Assembly (NCBI GenBank): GCA_965250285.1
Contig: OZ252299.1
Span: 3,584,001 to 3,648,000, forward strand
Source: Myxococcota bacterium
GTDB taxonomy: Bacteria; Myxococcota_A; UBA9160; UBA4427
Length of the DNA: 64,000 nucleotides
Direction: 5' to 3'
Below, one piece after another: positions 1-8,799 of this stretch. The notes under the pieces are model-generated. The model saw only the letters and a program-made list of their open reading frames with translations, did no database searches and was not told where the DNA came from. Each line of letters starts with the position of its first letter. The stretch's first letter is position 1. Both the position numbers and the translations under genes were made by a program.

Positions 1-168
1 ACGCCGACTTCGTCACCGACCCCGAGCGCTACAGGGTCAACGCGTCGGCGTAGGTGTAGCCCGGCTCGCGCACCGCCTCGCCCCGAGATCGCGGCCTCAC
101 GCGCCGGCCGCCACCCCGTAGACCGCCACGACGCCCCCTGCGATGACCAGCTCGACGACGAGCGCGCG

Positions 169-783
169 TCAGCTTCCCAACAGCTGCGACATCGCTGCGC
201 GACTCTCTTGTGCGGTCTCGAGCTGGAGCATCCGGTCGGCGTAGTCACCGAGCTGGCGCGTGTCGTCGAGCAGATCCGCTGAAGCGCGTTGGCCCAGAAC
301 CCGCGCGTAATGGAGCGCGGGCAGCAGCGCGCAATCGGCGAGGCTCCAGGTGTCGCCCACCGCGAACGAGCCGACGCCCACGAAGTGATCGACGACCCTG
401 ACAGCGGCACGCGCCCCATCGGCCGCCTCGCGCGTGGGCTCCGAGACCATCAGGGGTCGGAACGCCGGGAACAGCGTCGTATCGACGAGCTGGCAGATGA
501 GCTCCATCCGACTTTGCGCGATCACATCCTCCGGAACGAGCGCTGGCCCGGGCAGAACTCGATCCAGGTAGCCGCAGATCACCTGCGATTCGGGCAGCGC
601 CGTTCCGTCGTCGAGAACGAGGCACGGGATCTTGCCGCCCGGATGAATGCGGAGGTAGGCGTCGCTCTTCAGACCGCCCTCGGGCAACCCGACCAGCTCG
701 ACTGCGTCGGGCTTGCCCTTGAGTGTCCATACGAGGTGCACGCGTTCGAAGTACGGCGAGAACCGAGCGCCGTAGAGCTTCAT
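169..783 (-). CDS. Glutathione S-transferase family protein
   Basis: N-terminal MKLYG..SPY, HPGGKIPCL and LPESQVICGYL motifs; C-terminal GDTWSLADCAL. Overlaps the upstream gene's stop (ATGA). Confidence 0.9.
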   Translation of the reverse strand: MKLYGARFSPYFERVHLVWTLKGKPDAVELVGLPEGGLKSDAYLRIHPGGKIPCLVLDDGTALPESQVICGYLDRVLPGPALVPEDVIAQSRMELICQLVDTTLFPAFRPLMVSEPTREAADGARAAVRVVDHFVGVGSFAVGDTWSLADCALLPALHYARVLGQRASADLLDDTRQLGDYADRMLQLETAQESRAAMSQLLGS

Positions 784-1565
784 GCGGGGCTCTCCGAAGG
801 CAGAACCTCGGCAGCCGCCCGTCGGGCAATCGCCGCGACGGGATACCCCGCGTAGTAGGCGAGGTGGAGCACCAGCTCTCGAATCTCGTCGGGACGCACG
901 CCCGCGCTCAGCGCGCCCCGCATGTGAAAGCGAAGCTCTTGCTCACGGGCGAGCGCCGTGAGTGCGGCGACCGTGATGAGGGAGCGGTCTCGAATCGCGA
1001 GCCCCGGGCGCATCCAGATCTCGCCGAAGAGGTGCTCGAGCCCGGGCGACAAGAACCCGTCTTCTGAGGTCTCGGGGATCGCTTCGATGCCCCACAAGCG
1101 CTTTGCGAGCGCGCGAGCGCGCTCGTTGCGCTCTTCGGGCCCGGGGTTCTCGCCCGCGTTCTCGAGGTCAGGCACCCGGATCATCCCGATCTGCTCGAGC
1201 ACCGATGCCAGGTTCCAGTTGTCCTCCTTGCGCCGAATCTTGTCCCCGCGAAGCCAGAAACGCGAGCTCGACCTGACAGACCATCGAGCGCCCGATTCGG
1301 CGGCGCTGCCCGACATCGTGAGTTCGACCGAGGCCTGGTCTTCCTCGATGAGCATGCTGTGGGGCTCGAGCTTCAGATCGGGGGCCATCGCCGCGCTCGA
1401 GCGGACGAACGCTCGCAGTGCGTCGAGCCCCTCGCTCGTGCGGTCGAGGGCATGGTCATGAAAGACACAGTCATCCGTGAACACGGCGGCCACGGCATCC
1501 GGGTCGAGCGCGTTGAACGCTTCGTAATACCGATTCAAGATCGCTTCGACGTCGCTTCGCAGCAT
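780..1565 (-). CDS. SnoaL/NTF2-like domain fused to carboxymuconolactone decarboxylase (CMD)-like domain
   Basis: N-half YYEAFNALDPDAVAAVFTDDCVFHD is SnoaL-like. C-half HLFGEIWMRPGLAIRDRSLITVAAL...HLAYYAGYP is CMD-like. Start moved to the ATG at 1565. Confidence 0.85.
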   Translation of the reverse strand: MLRSDVEAILNRYYEAFNALDPDAVAAVFTDDCVFHDHALDRTSEGLDALRAFVRSSAAMAPDLKLEPHSMLIEEDQASVELTMSGSAAESGARWSVRSSSRFWLRGDKIRRKEDNWNLASVLEQIGMIRVPDLENAGENPGPEERNERARALAKRLWGIEAIPETSEDGFLSPGLEHLFGEIWMRPGLAIRDRSLITVAALTALAREQELRFHMRGALSAGVRPDEIRELVLHLAYYAGYPVAAIARRAAAEVLPSESPA

Positions 1566-1590
1566 GGCTCGGTTCTCCAACGGGGCGCGC

Positions 1591-1641
1591 ACTTGCTTAT
1601 CGATACTGACAGGCTAGAGAAGTCAGTCTCGATATGCAAGT
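1591..1641. promoter_or_regulatory. 20-bp inverted repeat (probable operator of the tandem HxlR regulator)
   Basis: ACTTGCTTATCGATACTGAC-N11-GTCAGTCTCGATATGCAAGT, 18/20 complementary, in the short divergent intergenic region. Confidence 0.7.
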
Positions 1642-1649
1642 ATTGGGCG

Positions 1650-2594
1650 ATGGGCGCCCAGAGAGTCGATCCGTTCGAAGCGGCGGTCGCCGAAGTGGGC
1701 GACGAATGGACGTTTCTGCTCACGCGTGAGGCGTTCTTCGGCGCGCGGCGCTTTGGCGACTTCCTCGAGCACACGTCGATCCCGCGGTCTCGATTGAGTG
1801 AGCGCCTGGCCCGCTTGGTCGCAGTCGGCGTGTTCGACCGGCTGAAGTATCAGTCGAACCCCGAGCGCTTCGAGTATCGGCTCACCGAGAAGGGGCTCGC
1901 GATCTATCCGGTCGCGCTTGCGCTGCTCGCCTGGGGTGATCGATGGCGGCCGACCGAGAACGGCGCCGGGCCTCTGCAGCTGACGCACCTGACCTGCGGC
2001 AAGCGGCTTCGTGTCGAGATGCGCTGCGGCGATTGCGGGCGACCGCTCGACGTCGACCACATCGATTGGCCGACGCCCGGTGCGCAGCCAACGAAGAACG
2101 CAACGAAGCGGCGCCGACGCATTCGATCCGTGGTCGCCGCAACGAGTCGCCCCGATTCGGTGGCGAGGGCCCTCGATTCGCTCGGCGGCCAGTGGACCAT
2201 GTTGGTCATGCACTGCGCGCTTCGGGGAACGAGTCGGTTCGTAGACTTCGAGCACGAGCTCGGGATCGCCACCAACGTGCTGTCCGACTGCCTGGCGCGC
2301 CTCGAGGCCGACGATGTGCTCACGCGCCGGGATCAGGCCCCGGGCTCTCCGGCCGGCTACGCGCTCACCGCTTCGGGTCGCGATGCGCTGGCGGCGGTGT
2401 TGACGGCCCGCCACTTCGGCAAGCGCTGGTGCGCCGGCACCGCGCGATCTACGCCGCGACATACGCTCTGCGGCGCCCGCACCGACGGCATCCTGGTCTG
2501 CCGAGCCTGCGGCGAAGAGGTCGTTGCGACCGAGGTCAGCTACCGACAGACCGAAGCGGCGAAAGCACTCACGGCGCCTCGCCCGGAGGGCTAG
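1650..2594 (+). CDS. Tandem (double-domain) HxlR-family winged-helix transcriptional regulator
   Basis: Two HxlR units (VGDEWTFLLTREAFFGARRFGDF...EYRLTEKG and LGGQWTMLVMHCALRGTSRFVDF...YALTASG). Each is followed by HxxCG...CxxCG. Confidence 0.88.
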   Translation: MGAQRVDPFEAAVAEVGDEWTFLLTREAFFGARRFGDFLEHTSIPRSRLSERLARLVAVGVFDRLKYQSNPERFEYRLTEKGLAIYPVALALLAWGDRWRPTENGAGPLQLTHLTCGKRLRVEMRCGDCGRPLDVDHIDWPTPGAQPTKNATKRRRRIRSVVAATSRPDSVARALDSLGGQWTMLVMHCALRGTSRFVDFEHELGIATNVLSDCLARLEADDVLTRRDQAPGSPAGYALTASGRDALAAVLTARHFGKRWCAGTARSTPRHTLCGARTDGILVCRACGEEVVATEVSYRQTEAAKALTAPRPEG

Positions 2595-2607
2595 TCGTGT
2601 CAGCGCC

Positions 2608-4179
2608 CTACGGCTGCGCCCTCTCACGCGCAGCATCGACCCAGGTGGCCCGGTCTTCTTCGCCCCCGAACGAATCGGGATCGAGCAGCCCATCGACGAT
2701 GCTGAACTCGGCGGCCCCCGCCCGCGGCCAGGCGTCGAGGGCCCCGACCAGATCGGCAACCAGCTCCGGCCGATCAGCCGACTGGTCACTTTCTTCGAGC
2801 GGGTCTGCGTAGACGTCGTACAGCCTGGGCGGGTCGCCTTCGATGAGCTTCCAGGGCGGGCGATAGAGGGCTGCGCCTTCGAGCAGACCCGTGACGACGT
2901 AGTCGGGTGTCTCGCTGCCGGTCGGATCGCCCCGAAGCGCGGCCCACTGGCTTCGGCCGTCGAGGTCGTCGGGGATCGCGTCGGGCGCGCCGATCGCCTC
3001 GAGCAGGGTCGGCAAGACATCGGAGACCGTCATGAACCCATCGTGACGGCCGGCTTCGAGATGCCCGGGCCACAGGATCGCCGCCGGCACGCGGGTGCCG
3101 CCCTCGGCGACGCTGCCCTTCCCTCTCGACAGCGGGCGGTTGTCGCTGCCGCCGTCGAGCACGTTCGCCGCGAAGAACTCGAGCCCCGGGTGAAAGAGCG
3201 GCCGACCGAACCAATCGGTCAGCTGGCGCAGTACGATGCCCGGAAACGTGCCTTCGTAGACGCCCGAGTTGAGCCCGCCGTTGTCACTCGCGAACAGCAC
3301 GAGGGGGTCGTCGAGCATCCCCTCGGTTTCGAGTGCGGCGAGTAAGCGACCGATGGCGACATCGAGCTCGTGCACCATCGCTGCATGCAGCCGGCGCTGC
3401 CGATCTTCGATGTGCGCGTAGCGCTCGACGACACCCGCCGGCGCTTCGTTCGGCAGGTGGGGCGCGCTGAACGACGCGAAGAGAAAGGTGGGCCTCGACC
3501 GGTCACGCTCGGCCAGCAGTCGCACGGCCTCGTCGGCGAGCAAATGCGTCACGTAGCCCTCTTCGCGCAGGGTCGTGCCGTTTCGCTGCCAGTCGTAGCC
3601 GCCCCCGTGCACCCGATCCCAATAGCCGACGCCGCCCGAGAGAAAGCCATAGAACGACTCGAAGCCCCGCGCGTTCGGAAACAAGTCGGGCGTCGAGTGC
3701 CCGAGATGCCACTTGCCGACCATGAGGGGCTGATAGCCCTGGCGCGCCAGGTGCGTTGCGAGCGTGGTCTCGGCCACCGGGAGCCCGCCTTGCTGATTCT
3801 TCGAGATCGGCCGCTCGATGCCGAGACGCTGCGGCGACTTGCCGGTCATGAGCGCAGCGCGGGTCGGGCTGCACGAGGGCTGCGCGTAGAAGCGGTCGAG
3901 CTCGACGCCCTCTCGGGCGATGCGGTCGATCGATGGCGTGTCGATCTCGCTGCCGTGATACGACACGTCTCGCCAGCCGAGGTCGTCCGCGAGAATGAGC
4001 ACGACGTTCGGCCGAGCGGCCGGCTCGGGCCCGCTCGCCTCGGCGGCGCCCACGGGCGGCGCCAAGGCGAGCAGAGAGGCGAGCGCAGACGCCAAGACAA
4101 AGCCCGGCCCCCTCCCGACCCACGCATCTGCCGAGCCCTCCGTACGACGAAGCGAGGCCGCCGTGCCTCCCGTCGACAC
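2608..4179 (-). CDS. Secreted arylsulfatase (start approximate)
   Basis: RPNVVLILADDLG, Cys-type CSPTRAALMTG (CxPxR), GKWHLG and SDNGG motifs; signal-peptide-like LASALASLLALAPPVGA. Confidence 0.9.
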   Translation of the reverse strand: MSTGGTAASLRRTEGSADAWVGRGPGFVLASALASLLALAPPVGAAEASGPEPAARPNVVLILADDLGWRDVSYHGSEIDTPSIDRIAREGVELDRFYAQPSCSPTRAALMTGKSPQRLGIERPISKNQQGGLPVAETTLATHLARQGYQPLMVGKWHLGHSTPDLFPNARGFESFYGFLSGGVGYWDRVHGGGYDWQRNGTTLREEGYVTHLLADEAVRLLAERDRSRPTFLFASFSAPHLPNEAPAGVVERYAHIEDRQRRLHAAMVHELDVAIGRLLAALETEGMLDDPLVLFASDNGGLNSGVYEGTFPGIVLRQLTDWFGRPLFHPGLEFFAANVLDGGSDNRPLSRGKGSVAEGGTRVPAAILWPGHLEAGRHDGFMTVSDVLPTLLEAIGAPDAIPDDLDGRSQWAALRGDPTGSETPDYVVTGLLEGAALYRPPWKLIEGDPPRLYDVYADPLEESDQSADRPELVADLVGALDAWPRAGAAEFSIVDGLLDPDSFGGEEDRATWVDAARERAQP

Positions 4180-4187
4180 GACCGCGC

Positions 4188-4712
4188 CTACTCGGTTCGC
4201 CAGGGGATCCGCGCGCCCAGCCCGTGCAGCGGCTCGTCCGCATCGGGGTCGGCGTCTTCGACGTCGTGCACCGAGGGCGAGTGAAACGTCGAGTCGGGCG
4301 TGATGCGCACGACGACACGGTCTTCTTTCTCCATCACCTTGCGAATCACGGGGCGGGCTTCGTCGGGCACCGGGTTGCCGCTCATGATGGGGATGATGCG
4401 CGTGGCGACGTCGACGACGTGATCCATGTCGTTCGACAGACTCGCCTTGCCATCGACGACGAGATACTCGGGCGGCCATGAGAGGCCCGCCTGCTCGCCG
4501 GCGAGAATGCAGGCCGAGAGCTGGCCGAGTCGGTTCACCGCCTTCGCCTTCTGGCGGGCGGCCATCGTGAGAAAGACGATGTCGTCGCCATCCATCGCGT
4601 AGTGCACGATCGACATCGAGGGCGGGGCCGTCCTGCGTGCGTACGAGATGACGCACGTGTGGTTGCTGCGGACGAAGTCACGTCGGGTCTTGGCATCGTT
4701 CATCATGGCCAT
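4188..4712 (-). CDS. Pyridoxamine 5'-phosphate oxidase-like (PPOX/flavin-binding split-barrel) protein
   Basis: Family-like pattern: CVISYARR..PPSMSIVHY...RQKAKAV...YLVVDG...DRVVVRITP. Start may be 4703-4712. Confidence 0.75.
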   Translation of the reverse strand: MAMMNDAKTRRDFVRSNHTCVISYARRTAPPSMSIVHYAMDGDDIVFLTMAARQKAKAVNRLGQLSACILAGEQAGLSWPPEYLVVDGKASLSNDMDHVVDVATRIIPIMSGNPVPDEARPVIRKVMEKEDRVVVRITPDSTFHSPSVHDVEDADPDADEPLHGLGARIPWRTE

Positions 4713-4784
4713 TGAGGTTCTCCTTCGAATGGCCTCAGGATGCGGCGACCGGGTATGTTCAGCTATTTCGCCATGCGACTCCGA

Positions 4785-4801
4785 TATACTTTCATGGCAT
4801 A
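4785..4801. promoter_or_regulatory. Putative LysR-type binding site (TATAC-N7-GCATA)
   Basis: T-N11-A dyad upstream of the PPOX gene, resembling the site at 5723-5739. Confidence 0.45.
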
Positions 4802-4825
4802 ACCCTAGAGTGCCTCACACGCGCC

Positions 4826-5713
4826 TCAGCCGCCCACCGAGTCGAGCACGCTCGTGAGAAGCAGCTCGACGGCCGGCGGCAGCACCTCTTGCCGGTGGAT
4901 GAACCCCGCCGCGAGCTTGGGCAGCCCGCCGATTGCCAGCGAAGCCACCTGGCCGGCTTCGAGCTCGCTTCGCATCGCGCCGCGAGGCAGCGCCGTCAGA
5001 AAGTGCTCGCGCATCACGAGCGCCTTCAGCAGATCGAGCGAATCGGTCTCGACGCTGATGCGAGGTGAGTCGATGCCCCGCGACGCAGCGATCGCCCGAA
5101 ACATCTCGATGATCGAAGGCGGTCGGCTGATCAGCGCCCATCGCTCGTCGGCGAGCGCAGCGAGCTCGACCTTTCTCTTCTTGCGCAAGCGGTGCTCGGG
5201 GTGGCAGAGCACGAGCACGGGGTCTTCGACGAGCCCGTGCACCGTCAAGCCTTCGTGCGCCTCACCGGGCACGAGCAACGTAAACGCCCCATCGATCTCA
5301 CCGCTGCGGAGCGCGCGCACCAACGCATCATACGTACCCTCGATCACCGTGAACGTGATGCCCGAGCGTTCGGCCGAGAGCCGCTCGATCGCGCCCGGCA
5401 ACAGACTCGACAGCGCCGGCGCGATGCCGATGCGCGCGTGCCCCTGCACCCCGTCGCGCAGCGACTGCAGCTCGTCGAGCGCCTGCTGCCGATCTCGAAG
5501 CACGAGCCGCGCATGCCGCTCGAGCAGCGCGCCGTACACGGTGGTGGTCACGCCCTGACTGCTTCGCGTGAGCAGCTGGACGCCGAGCGCCTCTTCGAGC
5601 GCTCGAATGCGACGGCTGAGCCCCGGCTGCGCAACGCCCCGCTGCTCAGCAGCGCCGAGGATGCTTCCGTGCTCGACGACCGCGAGGAAGTCTTCGAGAT
5701 CGCGTATATCCAT
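4826..5713 (-). CDS. LysR-family transcriptional regulator
   Basis: MDIRDLEDFLAVVEHGSILGAAEQRGVAQPGLSRRIRALE HTH plus a substrate-binding domain. Confidence 0.93.
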   Translation of the reverse strand: MDIRDLEDFLAVVEHGSILGAAEQRGVAQPGLSRRIRALEEALGVQLLTRSSQGVTTTVYGALLERHARLVLRDRQQALDELQSLRDGVQGHARIGIAPALSSLLPGAIERLSAERSGITFTVIEGTYDALVRALRSGEIDGAFTLLVPGEAHEGLTVHGLVEDPVLVLCHPEHRLRKKRKVELAALADERWALISRPPSIIEMFRAIAASRGIDSPRISVETDSLDLLKALVMREHFLTALPRGAMRSELEAGQVASLAIGGLPKLAAGFIHRQEVLPPAVELLLTSVLDSVGG

Positions 5714-5722
5714 GGATGAGAG

Positions 5723-5739
5723 TATGCGAAAAATGCATA
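5723..5739. promoter_or_regulatory. Putative LysR autoregulatory site (TATGC-N7-GCATA)
   Basis: Perfect dyad about 10 bp upstream of the lysR start. Confidence 0.55.
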
Positions 5740-5896
5740 TCCCGCGCTTGGGCACAGGTCCAATAGGGCATCGCCGCGAGCGCGAGGCCCGGGCCGAACC
5801 CCAGCATGATGCCCGGGGTGCTGGCGATCTGCCGTTCGAGAGGATGGCGCGGCACTTTTTTGAGCACTGATACGGAAGATCTCCTTGGGAGATTCA

Positions 5897-5958
5897 GATC
5901 ATATGATATGCTTTGGCTCAACCGCCCGGTCCGTCTAGCCGAGAAGGATCATATGATC
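5897..5958. promoter_or_regulatory. Two palindromic operators, GATCATATGAT(C), upstream of the toxin-antitoxin operon
   Basis: GATCATATGAT at 5897-5907 and a perfect 12-bp GATCATATGATC at 5947-5958, 50 bp apart. Confidence 0.65.
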
Positions 5959-6024
5959 TATTCGGGGAGGCAGTGTGGGAAGAGATGAACTCCGAGCAAC
6001 CACCATCACGATGGCGACTGAGCA

Positions 6025-6390
6025 ATGCGTGAACCACCCAACGACCATGATCTCGAGTGGGTCCGGGAGCAGATCATCATACGGGCGCGCGCCAGAAAGC
6101 GTCGCCGTCGAGGCTTCACGAGCGAGCGACCCACGCGATGGGCACCCCGCGCGGTTCTTACACCGACGTCACACACGTGCTTCAACGACGCCGATGCTTG
6201 GCGGTTCATTGCAGACCAGGCCGAAGCCGGTGCCGAGATTGGAATCGTGGCTCTCGAGAAACCACCGGACTGCATCGGCTACGTGATGCTCGTACCGGGC
6301 GGTGACGGCCGGCGCAAGATCTACATCAAGGTGGAGTTGGCTCCCGACGGTTCGATCATCGCTCGGAGCTTCCACTACAGCGATTACTAG
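6025..6390 (+). CDS. Putative MqsR/RelE-like toxin
   Basis: Small protein ending KIYIKVEL...IIARSFH, an MqsR-like C-terminus. It lies directly upstream of an MqsA-like antitoxin. Confidence 0.65.
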   Translation: MREPPNDHDLEWVREQIIIRARARKRRRRGFTSERPTRWAPRAVLTPTSHTCFNDADAWRFIADQAEAGAEIGIVALEKPPDCIGYVMLVPGGDGRRKIYIKVELAPDGSIIARSFHYSDY

Positions 6391-6400
6391 AGGTTTGACG

Positions 6401-6958
6401 GTGCTAGACGAGAACATCACTGCTGATTCCAGCTCGATGCACTGCCCGAGGTGCGACGGTCGGGCAGGGGCCCGGTTCGAGATCGACCAATTCGACTACG
6501 GGGCCGGTGAGGATGCCGTCGAGCTGCAGGCACGCGTCGTGGTGTTTCGGTGCGATGCTTGTGACTACGACTTCATGGACGCATCTGCCGATGATGCGCG
6601 GCATCGCTCGGTTTGCGACCACCTCGGGCTCCTCGCACCGGACGACATCAAGTCGATCCGGAAAGCCTACGGGCTCTCAAGGGTGGATTTCGCTGCGATC
6701 ACCCGACTCGGCGAGGCAACCGTGGGTCGGTGGGAGCGCGGCGAGCTGCTTCAGAACGCTGCGTACGACAACTATCTGCGGCTCTTGAGTGACGAGCACA
6801 ACTTCAGCTTCGTACGTGACCGCGACCGTCGCGAGTCGGTGTCGACTCAGAGAGTCGCAAGCGGTGGCGTTGGCCAAATCGTCGAGTTGAGAGCGTTCAA
6901 GGATTCCCCAGACCGATTGGAATCGTCTCTGCGTAGGCAGAAGACCTTCCAGCTCTAG
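6401..6958 (+). CDS. MqsA-like antitoxin (Zn-ribbon + Cro/C1 HTH)
   Basis: CPRC...CDAC zinc ribbon, then IKSIRKAYGLSRVDFAAITRLGEATVGRWERG HTH. GTG start at 6401 (alternative ATG at 6437). Confidence 0.85.
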   Translation: MLDENITADSSSMHCPRCDGRAGARFEIDQFDYGAGEDAVELQARVVVFRCDACDYDFMDASADDARHRSVCDHLGLLAPDDIKSIRKAYGLSRVDFAAITRLGEATVGRWERGELLQNAAYDNYLRLLSDEHNFSFVRDRDRRESVSTQRVASGGVGQIVELRAFKDSPDRLESSLRRQKTFQL

Positions 6959-6969
6959 GTGTACAGATA

Positions 6970-8799
6970 GTGTTCGTAACGACCTTCTACTCATTCAAGG
7001 GCGGTGTTGGACGCACGCTGTCGATGGCGAACGTCGCGGTTCTCCTGGCACAGTCGGGGCGAAGTGTCCTCGTGGTCGACTTCGACCTTGAAGCGCCCGG
7101 CATCGATACTTTCCGCGAATTCGCCCCTCTGAAGCCCAACCGTGGCGTCGTCGACTTCGTCCATGATGCTCTGGAAGATGGCGCGACTCCTGATGTGTCA
7201 GCGTACGTCTATACGTGCACTGGGATCGGAGCGCGAGGCGGCGTACTTCGGGTGATGCCCGCAGGTATACGTGACGAGGGATACGCCCGACGTCTCGCGG
7301 ACATCAACTGGAGGCAACTCTATGAACACGGAGACGGGTTCCTGATTTTTGAAGACCTCAAGCAGCAATGGGAAGATCGGTTCAGTCCTGACTACGTCTT
7401 GATCGATTCGAGGACCGGTCACAGCGACGAGGCCGGCATCTGTACTCGTCAGCTTCCCGACTGCGTCGTGGCGCTCTTCTTCCCGAACGCGCAGAACCTC
7501 GAAGGTCTAGAGAAGGCGGTGTCCGACATTCGAGCAGAGAGTCAGGGCGTGGATGGGCGGCGGATCGAGTTGGTCTTCGTCATGTCTAATGTGCCTGATT
7601 TGGACGACGAGGATCACGTAATCAGCGACCGCCTGGGGGAGTTCGGCCGACGGCTTCAATTCTCTGAGCCCCCCGAACGGATTCATCACTACAACAGTCT
7701 CGCTCTGCTCAATCAGTCGATTTTCGCCATCGACCGTCGGCGCAGTCGACTCGCCCAGGAGTACCGGCACCTCACTACTCGGATTCGACGACTCAACTCG
7801 AGCGACCGCGAGGGGGCACGACGATTCCTCGCCGACCTCGGCAGGGCGCGGACTCGTCGCCCCATCGAAGAGGAGATGTCCGCGAGTGCGATCGAGGACA
7901 GGCTCCTTCGAATCCAAGTTGAGCATTCGGAAGATGGGGAGATACTGTACCTACTCGCACGGCACAGAATGCAGCAGGGTGAGCTCGAGCAGGCACGGGA
8001 GATCTTCTGGGATGCGCAGCGAACGGGCGAAGCGCCAAGCGACGTTTGGCTTCGGCGCGCTGAGTGTGCTCGCAGCCTCGGCCTGAAGAACGAGGCTCGC
8101 GATGACGCGTTGGCCTACCTACGCGAAGACCACGGCGACCTTCAGCCGTTCGATGTGATCGTCGCTCTAAGGATCTTGAGGCAAGTTGACCCCGAATCTC
8201 TCTCGGAGATCGCAGAGACGAATGCGGTCGAGAAGCTGAGAAACGTAGACCGCGTGTGGATCGCCAGGAATCTTGCGCGGTCCGCTCGCGAGCTGTCCTC
8301 GGCGTGGACCATCCTTCAGCCTGCGCTGGACGACCGACGAACGCATGAAGATGCACTGCAAGCTGCCAAGCTAATTCTGATCGGTCTAGGACGGTTCGAC
8401 GAGGCTCTCGAGGCGTTCTCTGACAGTAGCGAAGCGCAGCCCAGCCTCCCTGATGCGTTCAATCGAGCAATGGCTACCTGGGGGAGGGACGGTCAACCAG
8501 ATCGATCACTCTTCGCCGAGATCGTGCGACTGTCCGAGGGCTACGATGAGCACGAGGCCAACTTCTTCCAGTGCATGGCGCTCGCCAATCACGTAATCGG
8601 GAACTCGGCTGACGCCAACGAGTTCTTGTCGCGCGCTCGGACGCGTGCGATCGGATCGCCGCAGCCGATGTTCAGCTGCTGGCGGTACCGCGAAGTCGGA
8701 ACAGACGCATTTCTTGACGACTTGAGGTCCATCGAATCCCTAATGGAAGGGGCGGACGAAGTGCCGAAATTCATCTCACGGCTGGCGGCGGGGGAATAA
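6970..8799 (+). CDS. ParA/MinD-like ATPase (KGGVGR variant) with C-terminal TPR-like helical repeats
   Basis: TFYSFKGGVGRT deviant Walker A, VLVVDFDLEAPG and DYVLIDSRTG. The C-terminal half is helical/TPR-like (ILYLLARHRMQQGELEQAREIF; LIGLGRFDEALEAF). Confidence 0.85.
   Translation: MFVTTFYSFKGGVGRTLSMANVAVLLAQSGRSVLVVDFDLEAPGIDTFREFAPLKPNRGVVDFVHDALEDGATPDVSAYVYTCTGIGARGGVLRVMPAGIRDEGYARRLADINWRQLYEHGDGFLIFEDLKQQWEDRFSPDYVLIDSRTGHSDEAGICTRQLPDCVVALFFPNAQNLEGLEKAVSDIRAESQGVDGRRIELVFVMSNVPDLDDEDHVISDRLGEFGRRLQFSEPPERIHHYNSLALLNQSIFAIDRRRSRLAQEYRHLTTRIRRLNSSDREGARRFLADLGRARTRRPIEEEMSASAIEDRLLRIQVEHSEDGEILYLLARHRMQQGELEQAREIFWDAQRTGEAPSDVWLRRAECARSLGLKNEARDDALAYLREDHGDLQPFDVIVALRILRQVDPESLSEIAETNAVEKLRNVDRVWIARNLARSARELSSAWTILQPALDDRRTHEDALQAAKLILIGLGRFDEALEAFSDSSEAQPSLPDAFNRAMATWGRDGQPDRSLFAEIVRLSEGYDEHEANFFQCMALANHVIGNSADANEFLSRARTRAIGSPQPMFSCWRYREVGTDAFLDDLRSIESLMEGADEVPKFISRLAAGE

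Noticed and set aside
1..168. Possible gene end at the window start (ADFVTDPERYRVNASA*)
   Set aside because: Too short to support a call.
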